Source of the DNA: Candidatus Poribacteria bacterium
Lineage (GTDB): Bacteria; Poribacteria; WGA-4E; PCPOR2b
DNA: 64,000 bases
Assembly (NCBI GenBank): GCA_965215015.1
Contig: OZ244042.1
Location: 1,856,001-1,920,000 of the forward strand
Reading direction: 5' to 3'
The notes under the pieces: model-generated
Told to the model about the DNA's origin: nothing
Database searches by the model: none
The model's input: only the letters and a program-made list of their open reading frames with translations
Shown here: in pieces, positions 9,457 through 19,489 of the stretch
Layout of the letters: every line of letters begins with the position of its first letter
Position numbering within the stretch: the stretch's first letter is position 1
Translations under genes and position numbers: made by a program

Positions 9457-9646
9457 TGGGACTGCGAAGGAAGGGCTTCACTGTCTAGGAGAGTCGGCCC
9501 CCGAAGCCGCCCGGCAATTTGAGCGTGAGCACCAAGAACCCCTTAAAAGGACTGAGCCCGAAACAGTTTAGAAGGTAAATCACTGTCTCAAGCAAAAAAA
9601 GCGGGCTCCCAGCCATTTACACACGGTCGGGAGACCGCTTTTTTAT
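9457..9646 (+). ncRNA. Unidentified structured RNA candidate
   Basis: TGGACA-16-TAAACT promoter (9425-9452); long-range pairing GACTG/CAGTT, GGGCTTCA/TGAGCCC, GTC/GAC; no ORF; followed by a strong terminator. Confidence 0.5.
9594..9646. terminator. Bidirectional intrinsic terminator
   Basis: A7-GCGGGCTCCC...GGGAGACCGC-T6. Confidence 0.8.
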
Positions 9647-9869
9647 TCTCACATTTAGGGCTCTACTCCTAAAAATAGATTGCCAGGGGTTAGCTAAACC
9701 CGCATTCTTGCTTGCTCACCTGCATATTTGTATATCGCTAAACTGCCAATTTTCTACGTGACATCGGTGTCGGTTTCTGCTAAAATAGATCAAATTCTTA
9801 TCCAGCCGAACCTCCGAAAGCCAAGATAGCATCTTAGGCACTAGGGACAAAATACAAATAGGAGCGAAT

Positions 9870-11387
9870 ATGGAACAATCCAACACAAATATCAGTGATT
9901 CTTCAGGGGAGAAAGTTGATGGGGGGTGTCTGCCCGATTGGGAAGTCGCAGATCTACCCAAGCCGCCACCCTACCGTTTCAGTCGCGCGTTTCGGGCTGT
10001 TTTAGGTCCTGGAATTATTGCGCTAGGCGGATCAATCGGCAGCGGCGAATGGCTATTGGGTCCGGCGATCACTGCACAGTACGGTGGACGACTCCTTTGG
10101 ATAGCGACAATTGCCATCCTGCTCCAATCCTTCATCAATACGGAGGCAATTCGCTACACGATTTATACCGGAGAACCGATGTTTAGCGGTTATATGCGCT
10201 GCAAACCGGGTTCACGGTTCTGGGCATTTTTTTATTCCGGTATAGATTTCTTCGGAATTTGGCCCGGATGGGCAGCGACCGCCGCCACAGCTATTGCCGC
10301 GGCATGGTTGGGATATATGCCGGGGGAAGCCGACCAAGGTACAGTGCGACTCTTTGCATACTCGGCTTTCTTCTTATGTCTGGGAATTGTTCTCTTTGGC
10401 AAGAAAATATACAACGCTCTTGAAAAAGTCCAATTGGTTATGGTCATCTGGATTATCGGCTATCTTCTCCTGATCGATCTGTTTATGGTGCCCCCCAAGA
10501 TCTGGTGGACTGTAATCAAAGGATTCTTTAGCTTTGGCGCGTTGCCGTCAGCGGAGAGCGGTAATATCGATTGGCTCTTACTCGGTGCGTTTGCTGCCTA
10601 TGCGGGAAGCGGGGGACTGGGCAACGTGGGTATCAGCAATTACGTCCGGGACAAAGGGTGGGGTATGAGCAGCCTTGTCGGCGCAATCCCCTCTCTGATT
10701 GGTGGACAACAGGTAACGCTGACACACATCGGCAAAGTTTTTCGGATAACCCCTGAAAATTTGGAACGCTTCCGCGAATGGTGGAAATATAACCACTTCG
10801 AGCAGTATTACATCTGGGTCATCGGTTGTTTCTTTGGTCTGGCACTGCCCGCCATGTTGACAATTGCCTTTGTTCCTGCAGGACAAGAGATTGACCAATG
10901 GTCAGCGGCAGCATTTCAAGCAGAGGGACTGGCCGAAAAAGGTGGACAAATCTTCTGGTATCTCACGCTGCTCTGTGGATTTTGGGTGCTTTTTTCAACC
11001 CAGTTGGGCGGTGTGGACGGAGTCCCACGTCGCTACACAGACATTATTTGGACCGGATTTTCAAGTGCGCGAAAACTGGAAGAACACAGCGCGAAATGGA
11101 TTTACTATCCAATCCTTGTCATCTACATCCTCTGGGGCATAATTGCGCTCTATCTGGCAAAGCCGTTTTTTATGATCTTGGTTTCCGCAACAATCGGCGG
11201 GTACTTGCTTGTAATCACTGCGCTGCACACCCTTTACGTCAATCGAAAGTTCCTACCGAGAGAGATTCAACCCCCGATTTGGCGGCAGATTGGACTCGTC
11301 GCGTGTGCGGGATTCTACTCAATTTTTGGAACCCTAACGGTCATTCAAACTGTAATTCCTAAATTGGTTTCGCTTATATCAGGATAG
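9870..11387 (+). CDS. Nramp-like / APC-fold secondary transporter
   Basis: About 11 hydrophobic segments; GPGIIALGGSIGSGEWLLGP, EAIRYTIYTGE, FSTQLG motifs. Confidence 0.75.
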   Translation: MEQSNTNISDSSGEKVDGGCLPDWEVADLPKPPPYRFSRAFRAVLGPGIIALGGSIGSGEWLLGPAITAQYGGRLLWIATIAILLQSFINTEAIRYTIYTGEPMFSGYMRCKPGSRFWAFFYSGIDFFGIWPGWAATAATAIAAAWLGYMPGEADQGTVRLFAYSAFFLCLGIVLFGKKIYNALEKVQLVMVIWIIGYLLLIDLFMVPPKIWWTVIKGFFSFGALPSAESGNIDWLLLGAFAAYAGSGGLGNVGISNYVRDKGWGMSSLVGAIPSLIGGQQVTLTHIGKVFRITPENLERFREWWKYNHFEQYYIWVIGCFFGLALPAMLTIAFVPAGQEIDQWSAAAFQAEGLAEKGGQIFWYLTLLCGFWVLFSTQLGGVDGVPRRYTDIIWTGFSSARKLEEHSAKWIYYPILVIYILWGIIALYLAKPFFMILVSATIGGYLLVITALHTLYVNRKFLPREIQPPIWRQIGLVACAGFYSIFGTLTVIQTVIPKLVSLISG

Positions 11388-11398
11388 GAGAAAACGAA

Positions 11399-12169
11399 TT
11401 GAATCTACAACTTAAAGATAAAGTTGTTATCGTCACCGGTGCCAGTCGAGGCATTGGAAAAGCAATCACGCTCGGTTTTGCAGCGGAAGGCGCGAAGTTA
11501 AGTATCTGCGGCAGAACTCCGGACACGCTCGAAGCAGCTGCCAACGAGGTTAAAGCACTTGGAGCGGAGGTATTTGCCAAGACTGCCGATGTCACAAAAG
11601 GCGGGGATACCGAGGCATTTGTACAAGAGACGTTAGGGCGATATGGGCGGGTTGATGTGCTGATTAATAACGTCGGAGGCAGCAAGTGGACGCCGACCCC
11701 TGAGATTTCCGATGAGGAATGGCACGAAATCATCGACCTGAACCTCATTTCCGCCGCCCGCATGAGTCGAGGTGTTATCCCAACAATGCAAGCACAAGGG
11801 AGCGGGGTCATCATCACCATCTCATCAATTTACGGACGGGAGGGCGGCGGACATATCACCTATAATGCAGCGAAAGCGGCAGAAATTAGCATGTCGAAGT
11901 CCCTCGCAGGTGAACTTGCCAAAGATAACATCCGCGTCAACAGTGTTGCCCCCGGTTCGATTCTATTCCCCGGCGGCGGCTGGGAGCGGCGACAGAAGGC
12001 GGACCCGGAAGGAATCGCTGCATTCGTTGAAAGCGATATGCCGTTGGGGCGGTTTGGAAAGCCTGAAGAGGTCGCGGACGTTGTGGTGTTCCTCGCCTCT
12101 GAACGCGCGAGCCTCGTTACTGGGGCGTGTATCAATGTAGATGGTTGTCAGTCAAAGTCAAATATTTAA
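11399..12169 (+). CDS. Short-chain dehydrogenase/reductase (SDR)
   Basis: TGASRGIG, NNVG, YNAAK, RVNSVAPG. Confidence 0.93.
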   Translation: MNLQLKDKVVIVTGASRGIGKAITLGFAAEGAKLSICGRTPDTLEAAANEVKALGAEVFAKTADVTKGGDTEAFVQETLGRYGRVDVLINNVGGSKWTPTPEISDEEWHEIIDLNLISAARMSRGVIPTMQAQGSGVIITISSIYGREGGGHITYNAAKAAEISMSKSLAGELAKDNIRVNSVAPGSILFPGGGWERRQKADPEGIAAFVESDMPLGRFGKPEEVADVVVFLASERASLVTGACINVDGCQSKSNI

Positions 12170-12241
12170 GATTAAGTCCAGTGAACATCTGCTTGCCGAC
12201 GTTCCTACGATTAACCTCCGTGGGCCCGTGGCACGCAGCGT

Positions 12242-12583
12242 TCATGCCGTTGGAATCGCGTCGTATAACAGCGCATTGAACCCGACGAAAAATGTATCTC
12301 CGAACTGTAGCGTGGGTGCTCGTAGGTTGCCGCTTCGCCCCATAATCGCTTTGAGGATGGCATCTTGTGAATCGATATTTGGAGCAAAGACATCGACTTT
12401 TTTGCCCTTAGCGACGTAAATGGATTGAGCACTTTGGATACGTTCCCACACCTCAGTTGAGTTTAACTTCTCCTTACGGGCGTCCGTTCGACTGTCTACC
12501 TGAATGTTGTTTGCGTCAAGAAACTCTTGCGCTTTTCGACAAGAGGTTCAGCTGTTCCTAAAAAACATCCAATTTACTGTCAT
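12242..12583 (-). CDS. ArsC-family thioredoxin-fold selenoprotein (UxxC) with in-frame UGA
   Basis: AAGGAGG RBS, ATG 12583; MTVNWMFFRNS-U(TGA 12550-12548)-TSCRKAQEFL...MGRSGNLRAPTL...FVGFN; 113 aa; hairpin CTCTTG..CAAGAG right after the UGA. Confidence 0.85.
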
Positions 12584-12612
12584 CAACTTCCTCCTTTTTT
12601 ATGTTAGAATTA

Positions 12613-12820
12613 TAGGAGTTACGCACTTGAGTTTGTCCTAACACAATTCAACCCGCGTCGCTTGCGTTCTTGCCCACCCACAAGCAGGGGAAAGGTACGC
12701 GGAGCGTGCCCACTACTTTAGGATGAACTGTCGCCCCGATTCATCGGGCATTCGGAACGGTGTCCAGCGGCGATAAATCGCCGAACTACAAGGTTTGACC
12801 TTCAACTATCTAAATCCTAA
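12613..12820 (+). mobile_element. MITE family B copy with internal REP-like palindromes
   Basis: TAGGAGTTACGCACTTGAGTTTGTC start; internal GGCGATAAATCGCC and CCCGATTCATCGGG; degenerate right end AAATCCTA. Confidence 0.7.
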
Positions 12821-12861
12821 TCTTTGTGTGAGTCAGCAAAAAGGTTCACACACTGCTACCT

Positions 12862-14070
12862 CTAGCTGTTTGATGTGTAGCAGACTTTTCCGCCAACAAC
12901 TGTCAATAGATTCTCAGAAGAGCCATCAAGAATCTGTTCAATAGCAGGACGACCATCGTTTGGAACTTGGACCGCGATGATATCCGCCTGCCAGCCTTTC
13001 TCCAACTGTCCGACCTGCGCTAGACCAAGGGCCGTTGCACCGTTACAGGTCACCATGTCGAACAACATTTCAGGGCGGATACTCGGTTGAGTACGCGCGA
13101 GGAATTTCAACTCATCGAATAGACTTAGGGACCAATTGCTCGCAAGACTATCAGTCCCGATAGCGACATTGATTCCCCTTTCAACCAGTTGCAGGACGGG
13201 GTGGTCGGTATGATAGAAGTAATGGTGGCTCCGCGGGCAGAACACCACAGACGCCCCACTCTCAGCGAGCAGCTCCACATCTACGTTGGTTAGGTAGTTG
13301 CAGTGGACTAAGAGTGAACTCTTTCGCAAAATACCCAACGTTTGCATATACTGTACCGGTGTTATTTGCGGAGGGTGCCACCCGGTTGTTGAAATACCAA
13401 ACGCTTCTAAGTAGTCTAAAAATGCGCCCGTGCTACTGGAGAGAAACTCAAACTCCTCCTCAGTTTCCGCTATATGCGTGCAAATCGACAAGTCGGAGGT
13501 AAGACATTGACGATAAATATTAGCCGAAGTAGAATAGGGAGCATGGGGCGACAACGCAGGTGTCAACAGCGAATCTGGAACAGGGGGAGAAGCTAAATAC
13601 GCCGCAAGTCGAGTGAGTCCCATAGCCGCGCGTTCGCCCGAAAAACCGAGGACCTCGAAGAAAACCACCTTCCGAATCGGAGTATTCCGCAGAATCTGCA
13701 TCGATTCCCCGGTTCCGTCGATATCCCCTACTGTTGTCGCACCCCCAGCTAGACTTTGCTGCACCCCTTCGCGGACAGATGGGGCTATTGTTAAGGGGGT
13801 CCGCTTCCCAACAATTTGGAATATCCAATCCGTAAATTTTGGGGTTCGCTCAATGGAATCGGAACTACTTGTCAGGTCAAGGTGCGTATGGGCATTCACT
13901 AAGCCGGGTATAAGCACCGCTTCGCTAAAGTCGTGTGTCGGAGATGCACCACTGTTCCGAATCGTTGGATAAAGTCCGACATCGATAATCTGTGAACCTT
14001 GAATGGCTATCGCACCATTCTCAATAATCGTGCGACTATTTGGCATTACATACTTTGCGCGTAAAATCAT
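12862..14070 (-). CDS. Amidohydrolase-superfamily deaminase (SAH/MTA or aminodeoxyfutalosine deaminase-like)
   Basis: PGLVNAHTH, SPHAPYS, HIAET, LVHCN, GTDS motifs. Confidence 0.88.
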   Translation of the reverse strand: MILRAKYVMPNSRTIIENGAIAIQGSQIIDVGLYPTIRNSGASPTHDFSEAVLIPGLVNAHTHLDLTSSSDSIERTPKFTDWIFQIVGKRTPLTIAPSVREGVQQSLAGGATTVGDIDGTGESMQILRNTPIRKVVFFEVLGFSGERAAMGLTRLAAYLASPPVPDSLLTPALSPHAPYSTSANIYRQCLTSDLSICTHIAETEEEFEFLSSSTGAFLDYLEAFGISTTGWHPPQITPVQYMQTLGILRKSSLLVHCNYLTNVDVELLAESGASVVFCPRSHHYFYHTDHPVLQLVERGINVAIGTDSLASNWSLSLFDELKFLARTQPSIRPEMLFDMVTCNGATALGLAQVGQLEKGWQADIIAVQVPNDGRPAIEQILDGSSENLLTVVGGKVCYTSNS

Positions 14071-14179
14071 ACGGAACTCTAAAACTAATCCTTCAAATGA
14101 CTTGGATACTTTCTCTACGAGCGGAAATTTAAGCCGCTTGACAACTTACAACTCTTTTGCCAACAAATAAGGAAATTCC

Positions 14180-15766
14180 ATGAATTCCAAGATCGCCGGA
14201 CATGCAACCTCACAAGCGACACAAGCCTTCGCAAATCGGATGAGCTCACACCACCCCTCCTTTGAGGCGAATGCGTATCGCCGGCTCACCGGCACAGATT
14301 TGATAACGTCCAAAATCGGCTACGGCACCTACCGCGTGCATGAACAGAACGAGGCGCACACTGAAACGCTCGAAAAAGCGATCCAAGCGGGGTGTAATCT
14401 GATTGACACATCCAGCAATTACACCGATGGCGGCAGCGAAACCTTAATCGGTAACGGCCTGCAGAAGATGATTTCTGACAGCGAGATTAAGCGAGAAGAA
14501 ATCATCATTGTCTCCAAAGTCGGCTACATGCAGGGGCAAAATCTCGATCAAGCACAACAACGAGAAACAGCAGGTAATCCGTGGAGAGAGGTCGTCAAAT
14601 ATATGGAGGGCTGCTGGCACTGCATCCATCCTGATTTTCTAATAGATCAGTGGACGCGTAGCACAGATCGACTGGGATTGGAAACCATCGATGTTTACCT
14701 GCTACACAACCCGGAATATTTCCTGTCCGACGCCAAAAACCGATCCGCTCAATCTAGCTGGAACGCAATTCGAGATACTTTCTATGACCGAATCTACCGC
14801 GCCTTTGTGCAGATGGAACGGTTCGTGGCCGATGGACAGATTCGCTACTACGGTATTTCGTCAAATACCTTCCCTTCTCCACAAACCGACTTCGAGCATG
14901 TTTCCCTCAATCGCGTTTATGAAGCGGCTGCCAAAGCGGCAGAGACTGTGTATGGAGATCACGCGGTAAACCACTTCAAGGTGATTCAACTTCCGTACAA
15001 TCTGCTTGAATCCGAGGCATTGACAGAAGCGAATAACGAAATTGACGGGAAACGCATCGCTGTCATTGAAGCTGCGAAGGCACTGGGGCTTGGCGTTCTC
15101 GTGAATCGCCCCCTGAACGCTTTCAAGGACAATCAGATGACCCGCTTGGCACAATATGAACACCGTCCCAATGCCGATTATCCTCAGATAATGTCAATAG
15201 CAGAAGGCACATTAATCCAAATCGAAACTAGACTGGGAGATACACTGAAAAGTTGGGGGATTTTCGATTCGGTACAAAATCAGGTGAATGTCCACCTCTT
15301 TTATGATGTTGCCCAACAACTCGGCGGATTTATGTCGCGTATCCAGGATCGCAATCACTGGGAACAGATTTTACAGCAGCACCTGATTCCACAGATTAAT
15401 GCCTACCTGCGACAGACCGGAATCGCTTGCCTGAATCAACACCAAGGGGAGTGGGAAGGCTTACTCGCTCAATATGTAAGGGCACTCAACACGCTGTTCG
15501 TAACCATAACGGAAATATTTAATCGTGTGGATGCGGAGAAGGTTGAACCAATCTCTCAGGCTTTGAACCTATATCTCACCGAGGATCAGGGGGCGTTAAG
15601 TCTCTCTCAACGGGCGTTGAACTTCGTGACTTCATCACCGGGGGTGTCCGTTGTCCTGAACGGGATGAAACGCGAAGAATATGTCGAGGACGCAATGCAG
15701 ATTATGGAAATGCCTGATTTTCCACAGCCACTTGCGCTCGTCGAAAGCATAGCGCGTGAAACATAA
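14180..15766 (+). CDS. Aldo/keto reductase family protein with helical insertion
   Basis: IGYGTYR, IDTSSNYTDGGSE, SKVG, LLHNPE, GISSN, QLPYN, VLNGM. Confidence 0.85.
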   Translation: MNSKIAGHATSQATQAFANRMSSHHPSFEANAYRRLTGTDLITSKIGYGTYRVHEQNEAHTETLEKAIQAGCNLIDTSSNYTDGGSETLIGNGLQKMISDSEIKREEIIIVSKVGYMQGQNLDQAQQRETAGNPWREVVKYMEGCWHCIHPDFLIDQWTRSTDRLGLETIDVYLLHNPEYFLSDAKNRSAQSSWNAIRDTFYDRIYRAFVQMERFVADGQIRYYGISSNTFPSPQTDFEHVSLNRVYEAAAKAAETVYGDHAVNHFKVIQLPYNLLESEALTEANNEIDGKRIAVIEAAKALGLGVLVNRPLNAFKDNQMTRLAQYEHRPNADYPQIMSIAEGTLIQIETRLGDTLKSWGIFDSVQNQVNVHLFYDVAQQLGGFMSRIQDRNHWEQILQQHLIPQINAYLRQTGIACLNQHQGEWEGLLAQYVRALNTLFVTITEIFNRVDAEKVEPISQALNLYLTEDQGALSLSQRALNFVTSSPGVSVVLNGMKREEYVEDAMQIMEMPDFPQPLALVESIARET

Positions 15767-15889
15767 GCATTTTCACATCTCACGCACGTATTAACTAGTG
15801 TAGACATATCCGATCCACACCATCGTAGGGCGGTTATCTTGTCTGACCCGTAGCCCTAGCGCGGGGACATAGTACTAGGCATACTCCGT

Positions 15890-16044
15890 ATGTCTACTAC
15901 CTTCAGATCGAAATCACTGTCGGAGTATCCCCCCTATTGCGTCCGCGAGCCGCACAGGATAATCTGGCGTATCGGTTAATTCGTTTCTGCGAGAATCTGG
16001 GCCTTCAAGAGCAGTGCAACTCGACGTGCTTGTTCGGTAGTCAT
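15890..16044 (-). pseudogene. Minimal nucleotidyltransferase (MNT antitoxin-type) remnant
   Basis: MTTEQARRVALLLKAQILAETN*PIRQIILCGSRTQ*GDT then a frameshift into DSDFDLKVVD (GS..DxD motif); truncated at a repeat. Confidence 0.65.
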
Positions 16045-16067
16045 AATCTTCTCCCAAACAGGCGGAT

Positions 16068-16856
16068 TTACTGAAGAGCGTAAGTCCTATTTGGTTTAAG
16101 TGCCCCTACCTTAATGCTCGCAACCTCAGTCTTTCCGATTTTCGCGTAAGGAGACTTGCTGAATACCTGAATTTCTTCCAATCCTGCCCGACGAATCGAG
16201 TCCAAATATTGGGCTTCAGGTAGTGCCCCAGAAATACAATTCGCCCAATTGCTAATCGTTGATCTCAACCACTTAGGCAAGTGGTCCGCAACGATATCCG
16301 ACACTAATAACTGCCCGCCCGGCTTGAGGACGCGATACGCTTCCCGAAAAACCGAATCTTTGTCCGGCGCAAGATTAATCACACAGTTAGAGATGATCCA
16401 ATCAACGCTTCCATTTTCAACCGGCATTGATTCAATTTCACCTAATCGGAACTCAACATTTTTTACAGCCACCTCCTCTGCATTCTTTCTGGCTTTCTCG
16501 ATCATTTCCGGCGTCATGTCAATGCCTATTGCTCTTCCGCTTTGGCCGACGAGTGATGCCGCAAGTAGCACATCAATGCCTGCCCCTGACCCAAGGTCGA
16601 GCACGACGTCGCCCTCACAAATGTCAGCATACATCAGTGGATTCCCACAGCCGAAGGAATTTTCAACAGCATCAGCAGGGATACTAGAAAGCTGTGCGTC
16701 GGTATATTGGTTCTGATTGGCGAACGTCCCTTTGAGAGAGGCTTCAATATCGCCGCAGCAGTTAGAAGATGAACAACAAGATTCACCACTTTTTACCAAA
16801 CCTGCGTAATGTTCACGGACGGCCGCTCTCAGCTGCTCTGCATTGTGGACTGTCAT
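16068..16856 (-). CDS. arsM: Arsenite S-adenosylmethionine methyltransferase
   Basis: N-terminal CC..CC, SFGCGNP, LDLGSGAGID, SNCVINL, W..CI.GA. Confidence 0.88.
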   Translation of the reverse strand: MTVHNAEQLRAAVREHYAGLVKSGESCCSSSNCCGDIEASLKGTFANQNQYTDAQLSSIPADAVENSFGCGNPLMYADICEGDVVLDLGSGAGIDVLLAASLVGQSGRAIGIDMTPEMIEKARKNAEEVAVKNVEFRLGEIESMPVENGSVDWIISNCVINLAPDKDSVFREAYRVLKPGGQLLVSDIVADHLPKWLRSTISNWANCISGALPEAQYLDSIRRAGLEEIQVFSKSPYAKIGKTEVASIKVGALKPNRTYALQ

Positions 16857-16904
16857 CTCATGCCTCTTTCTATTAAATTAGTGAATATCTCACGTTCATA
16901 GTAA

Positions 16905-17687
16905 TCATTGAGGTGAATCCACGCAAAAATCTAGCAGGTCAATCAGTAGGGAACGCATCTCACTCCGTTGAACAATCCTATCAATCAACCCGTGTTCCAA
17001 CAAAAACTCTGCCTTCTGGAAATTCTCAGGGAGCTGTTGTTTAATACTTGCAGTAGCGAGGGGCCCAGCGAAACCAATCCGGGCCCCCGGTTCCGCGAGA
17101 ATTACATGCGCCAACGAGGCATAGCTCGCAGTTGATCCACCAAAGGTTGGGTCCGCCATCACGGAGATGTAAGGTAATCCCGCCTCTGCGTGCTTAACAC
17201 AGACCGCTGAAGTTTTCGCCATCTGCATCAGCGATAGCGTACCTTCTTGCATTCGCATTCCACCGCTCCGGGAGACAATGATCAAGGGCAATCTGTTTTG
17301 CGTGGCGTGTTCAATATTGCGAGTGACTTTTTCTCCGACGACCGCCCCCATCGTACCGCCTCTGACTCCAAAATCGCTAATCGTAATTGCGACAGGCTGA
17401 CCGCCGATTTTCGCTTCGCCGGTAAGGATCTCCGACCTGAGACCCGTTTTTGCGTAATCCCGGGCGAGTTGTTCTTCGTAGTCTGGGAAATCTAAAGGGT
17501 TAATCGAATACAGACCAGCGTCATGTTCATCAAAACTGCCTCTATCAACTAGAAGGGCGAGCCGCTCATAGGCGGTCATAGGATGGTGATAGCCGCATTC
17601 TGGACAAACCCTATGTGCATTTAAAAATGTCTCCTCAGAAATCTTCGCACTGCAACTTTGACAGATTATTGCCGCTGAAGTCGCCAT
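16905..17687 (-). CDS. accD: Acetyl-CoA carboxylase carboxyltransferase beta subunit
   Basis: CxxC..CxxC zinc finger, GGTMG.VVGEK, SGG.RMQEG.LSLMQMAKTS, FQKAEFLLEHG; start ATG 17687. Confidence 0.95.
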   Translation of the reverse strand: MATSAAIICQSCSAKISEETFLNAHRVCPECGYHHPMTAYERLALLVDRGSFDEHDAGLYSINPLDFPDYEEQLARDYAKTGLRSEILTGEAKIGGQPVAITISDFGVRGGTMGAVVGEKVTRNIEHATQNRLPLIIVSRSGGMRMQEGTLSLMQMAKTSAVCVKHAEAGLPYISVMADPTFGGSTASYASLAHVILAEPGARIGFAGPLATASIKQQLPENFQKAEFLLEHGLIDRIVQRSEMRSLLIDLLDFCVDSPQ

Positions 17688-17747
17688 GTCTGTACGCTCC
17701 ATCTTTGTGTAGGAAATGGTTTTATGGAGTTGCTGATTTATGTGCAC

Positions 17748-17776
17748 ATGATACCTTTGGAGGTAACGTTTGTCAA
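17748..17776 (-). promoter_or_regulatory. sigma70 promoter for accD-arsM
   Basis: TTGACA-17-TATCAT on the minus strand, about 60 nt upstream of the accD ATG. Confidence 0.65.
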
Positions 17777-18087
17777 GCCCAAATACAGAATTCGATTTAT
17801 GTGAACTGCAGCTGCTATCGCATCGTATCCTACTCGAAATAGAACAAAATTCATCCTTGAAGAACACAGCCATTTGTGATATTATTTTACGGTTTTGTTT
17901 TGAAATACGAGAGGAACCGGATTTCGTTGTTGCAGAATTACAACAATCGGGTATCAAAAATAACTCAACTGAACCAGAATAACAGTGTCTGAAGTTTTTT
18001 GAATTCCCTTTCATGAGCACCCCTCACGCTTATTTTATAGGTATGCTTTACGCTTTCTATTATTGACTGATTTTCTCCCTTCTAAAG

Positions 18088-18104
18088 CTGGCACAAAGTT
18101 TGCC
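18088..18104 (+). promoter_or_regulatory. sigma54 (-24/-12) promoter
   Basis: CTGGCAC-AAAGT-TTGC matches TGGCAC-N5-TTGC, 120 nt upstream of the lipoprotein ATG. Confidence 0.6.
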
Positions 18105-18223
18105 ATGGAATCTTGATGTAAATGTTTGTTAATTTCAGCAAACCTCATAATCAGTTCTCCCAAAACGCCTCCTGTCGGGTTGAGCAACTTTGAGAACGAT
18201 TGATAATTGGAAGGAGAAAGCTC

Positions 18224-19046
18224 ATGTTTACGCAAATATACCGACCCATCACCGCATTTCTTGTTGTAATAACACTGTTTGGCTTGATTTTAGGTTGTGA
18301 TTCTAATGATGATAATCCAGTTCACGTGGATACCGAACCGCCAGCAATACCACGGGGCGTGAGGAGCATCACCGACGACAATCGGGTGATAGTTGAATGG
18401 TTCCCGAATGGTGAAATCGATCTCGCCGGGTATAAAATCTGGCGCGACGACAATGGGGACGAAGAATTTGAACTAATTGCGGAGGTTTCATCAGATACCT
18501 CTTCCGAGGTCGATAGGTTTAGCTTTGTGGATGAACATGTCATCAATGGGCTTACCTACTCTTATGCTGTTTCTGCCATTGACTACGATAGCAATGAGAG
18601 CGAATTAAGTCCAGAGCAGGTCTTGGATACGCCCCGTCCATCGGGAAATAACATTACCCTGAATGACTTTAACCTGATTCCCAATCGAAGCGGGTTTGAC
18701 TTCTCGCAGCCAGCTAGGGGGGGCCATTACTTGGAATTTACCGGCTACCGATGTCTATTTTGGGTTTGATACGGAGGTCAATGTCCCGTACCTCTATTCA
18801 GATAACTTGACAGAAATGCAGGACATGGGTTACCATGAATACTTTGACGAAGTAGATGTTTCACCCGTGCGAGGCTTCACAACTGAATTTGTTGAGCTTA
18901 TTGCGGGCCATGTGTATACTTTATTAACGCCCGACGGGAACTTTGCTAAGATTCATGTCATTGTTGTTTCCGAGATCGCAATCACTTTTGATTGGGCATA
19001 CCAACTGGATCCGGATAACCCACAGCTCGCACCTCGCCATCCGTGA
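18224..19046 (+). pseudogene. Lipoprotein with FN3-like domain, frameshifted at a G7 tract
   Basis: Lipobox LILGC; PPAIPRGV..W..DLAGYKIWR..Y.Y.VSAID..NES FN3-like signature; frame continues (AITWNLPATDVYFG...FDWAYQ) if one G is removed from 18717-18723. Confidence 0.75.
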
Positions 19047-19082
19047 AACCAACCAGCTAAGTAGATAAGGAATCTAATAAAA

Positions 19083-19330
19083 GTCAGCTCCCTTGCCCTG
19101 AAGAACAGGGATTGTTGCCCATCCCGGGACTTACAAGGTTTTCTGTCTCGGCTCGTAACTTTACACGCCCGCCACCGACGACTACAGCAGCTGTTTAGAA
19201 GCAGCCACGGCGTGGCGGTAACATCACCGTTTCGGCTGCCGAGCGAAACCTCAGACAAACAACGCCTTCCAACTACCACGTTGGGAGGAGAGCGAAAAAC
19301 GAGCGTTTTTCCTAAGTCATCGAGCGACGA
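19083..19330 (-). mobile_element. IS200/IS605-type end / omega-RNA-like remnant
   Basis: Minus strand ends ACAATCCCTGTTCTTCAGGGCAAGGGAGCTGAC, resembling the ACAAGCCCCGCCCTTCAGGGCGGGGTAGTTGAC IS605-family terminus; internal hairpins. Confidence 0.5.
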
Positions 19331-19489
19331 GAGAATTATATCCTATCAACACCTTTTAATCAACAAAAAGGAGGCACAGTAGAGACCCCACAGAGACCTG
19401 ATACTGTTGCACAACATGCCATGCTGATTGAGCCAGGACTATAGCATAACACGCATGGTATTTACGGGGGCTCCGCTGCGAAGATTCTG

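Noticed and set aside
9485-9545. SAM-I or glycine riboswitch (GGAGAG..GGCCC..GAAG..CGGCAA)
   Set aside because: Only partial resemblance; lacks ATC..GAG/GAT P1 and GGTGC.AA of SAM-I and CTCTCAGG of the glycine aptamer
17688-18020. 110-aa N-terminal extension of AccD in the ORF track
   Set aside because: Non-homologous sequence that contains the accD promoter and starts within a MITE end
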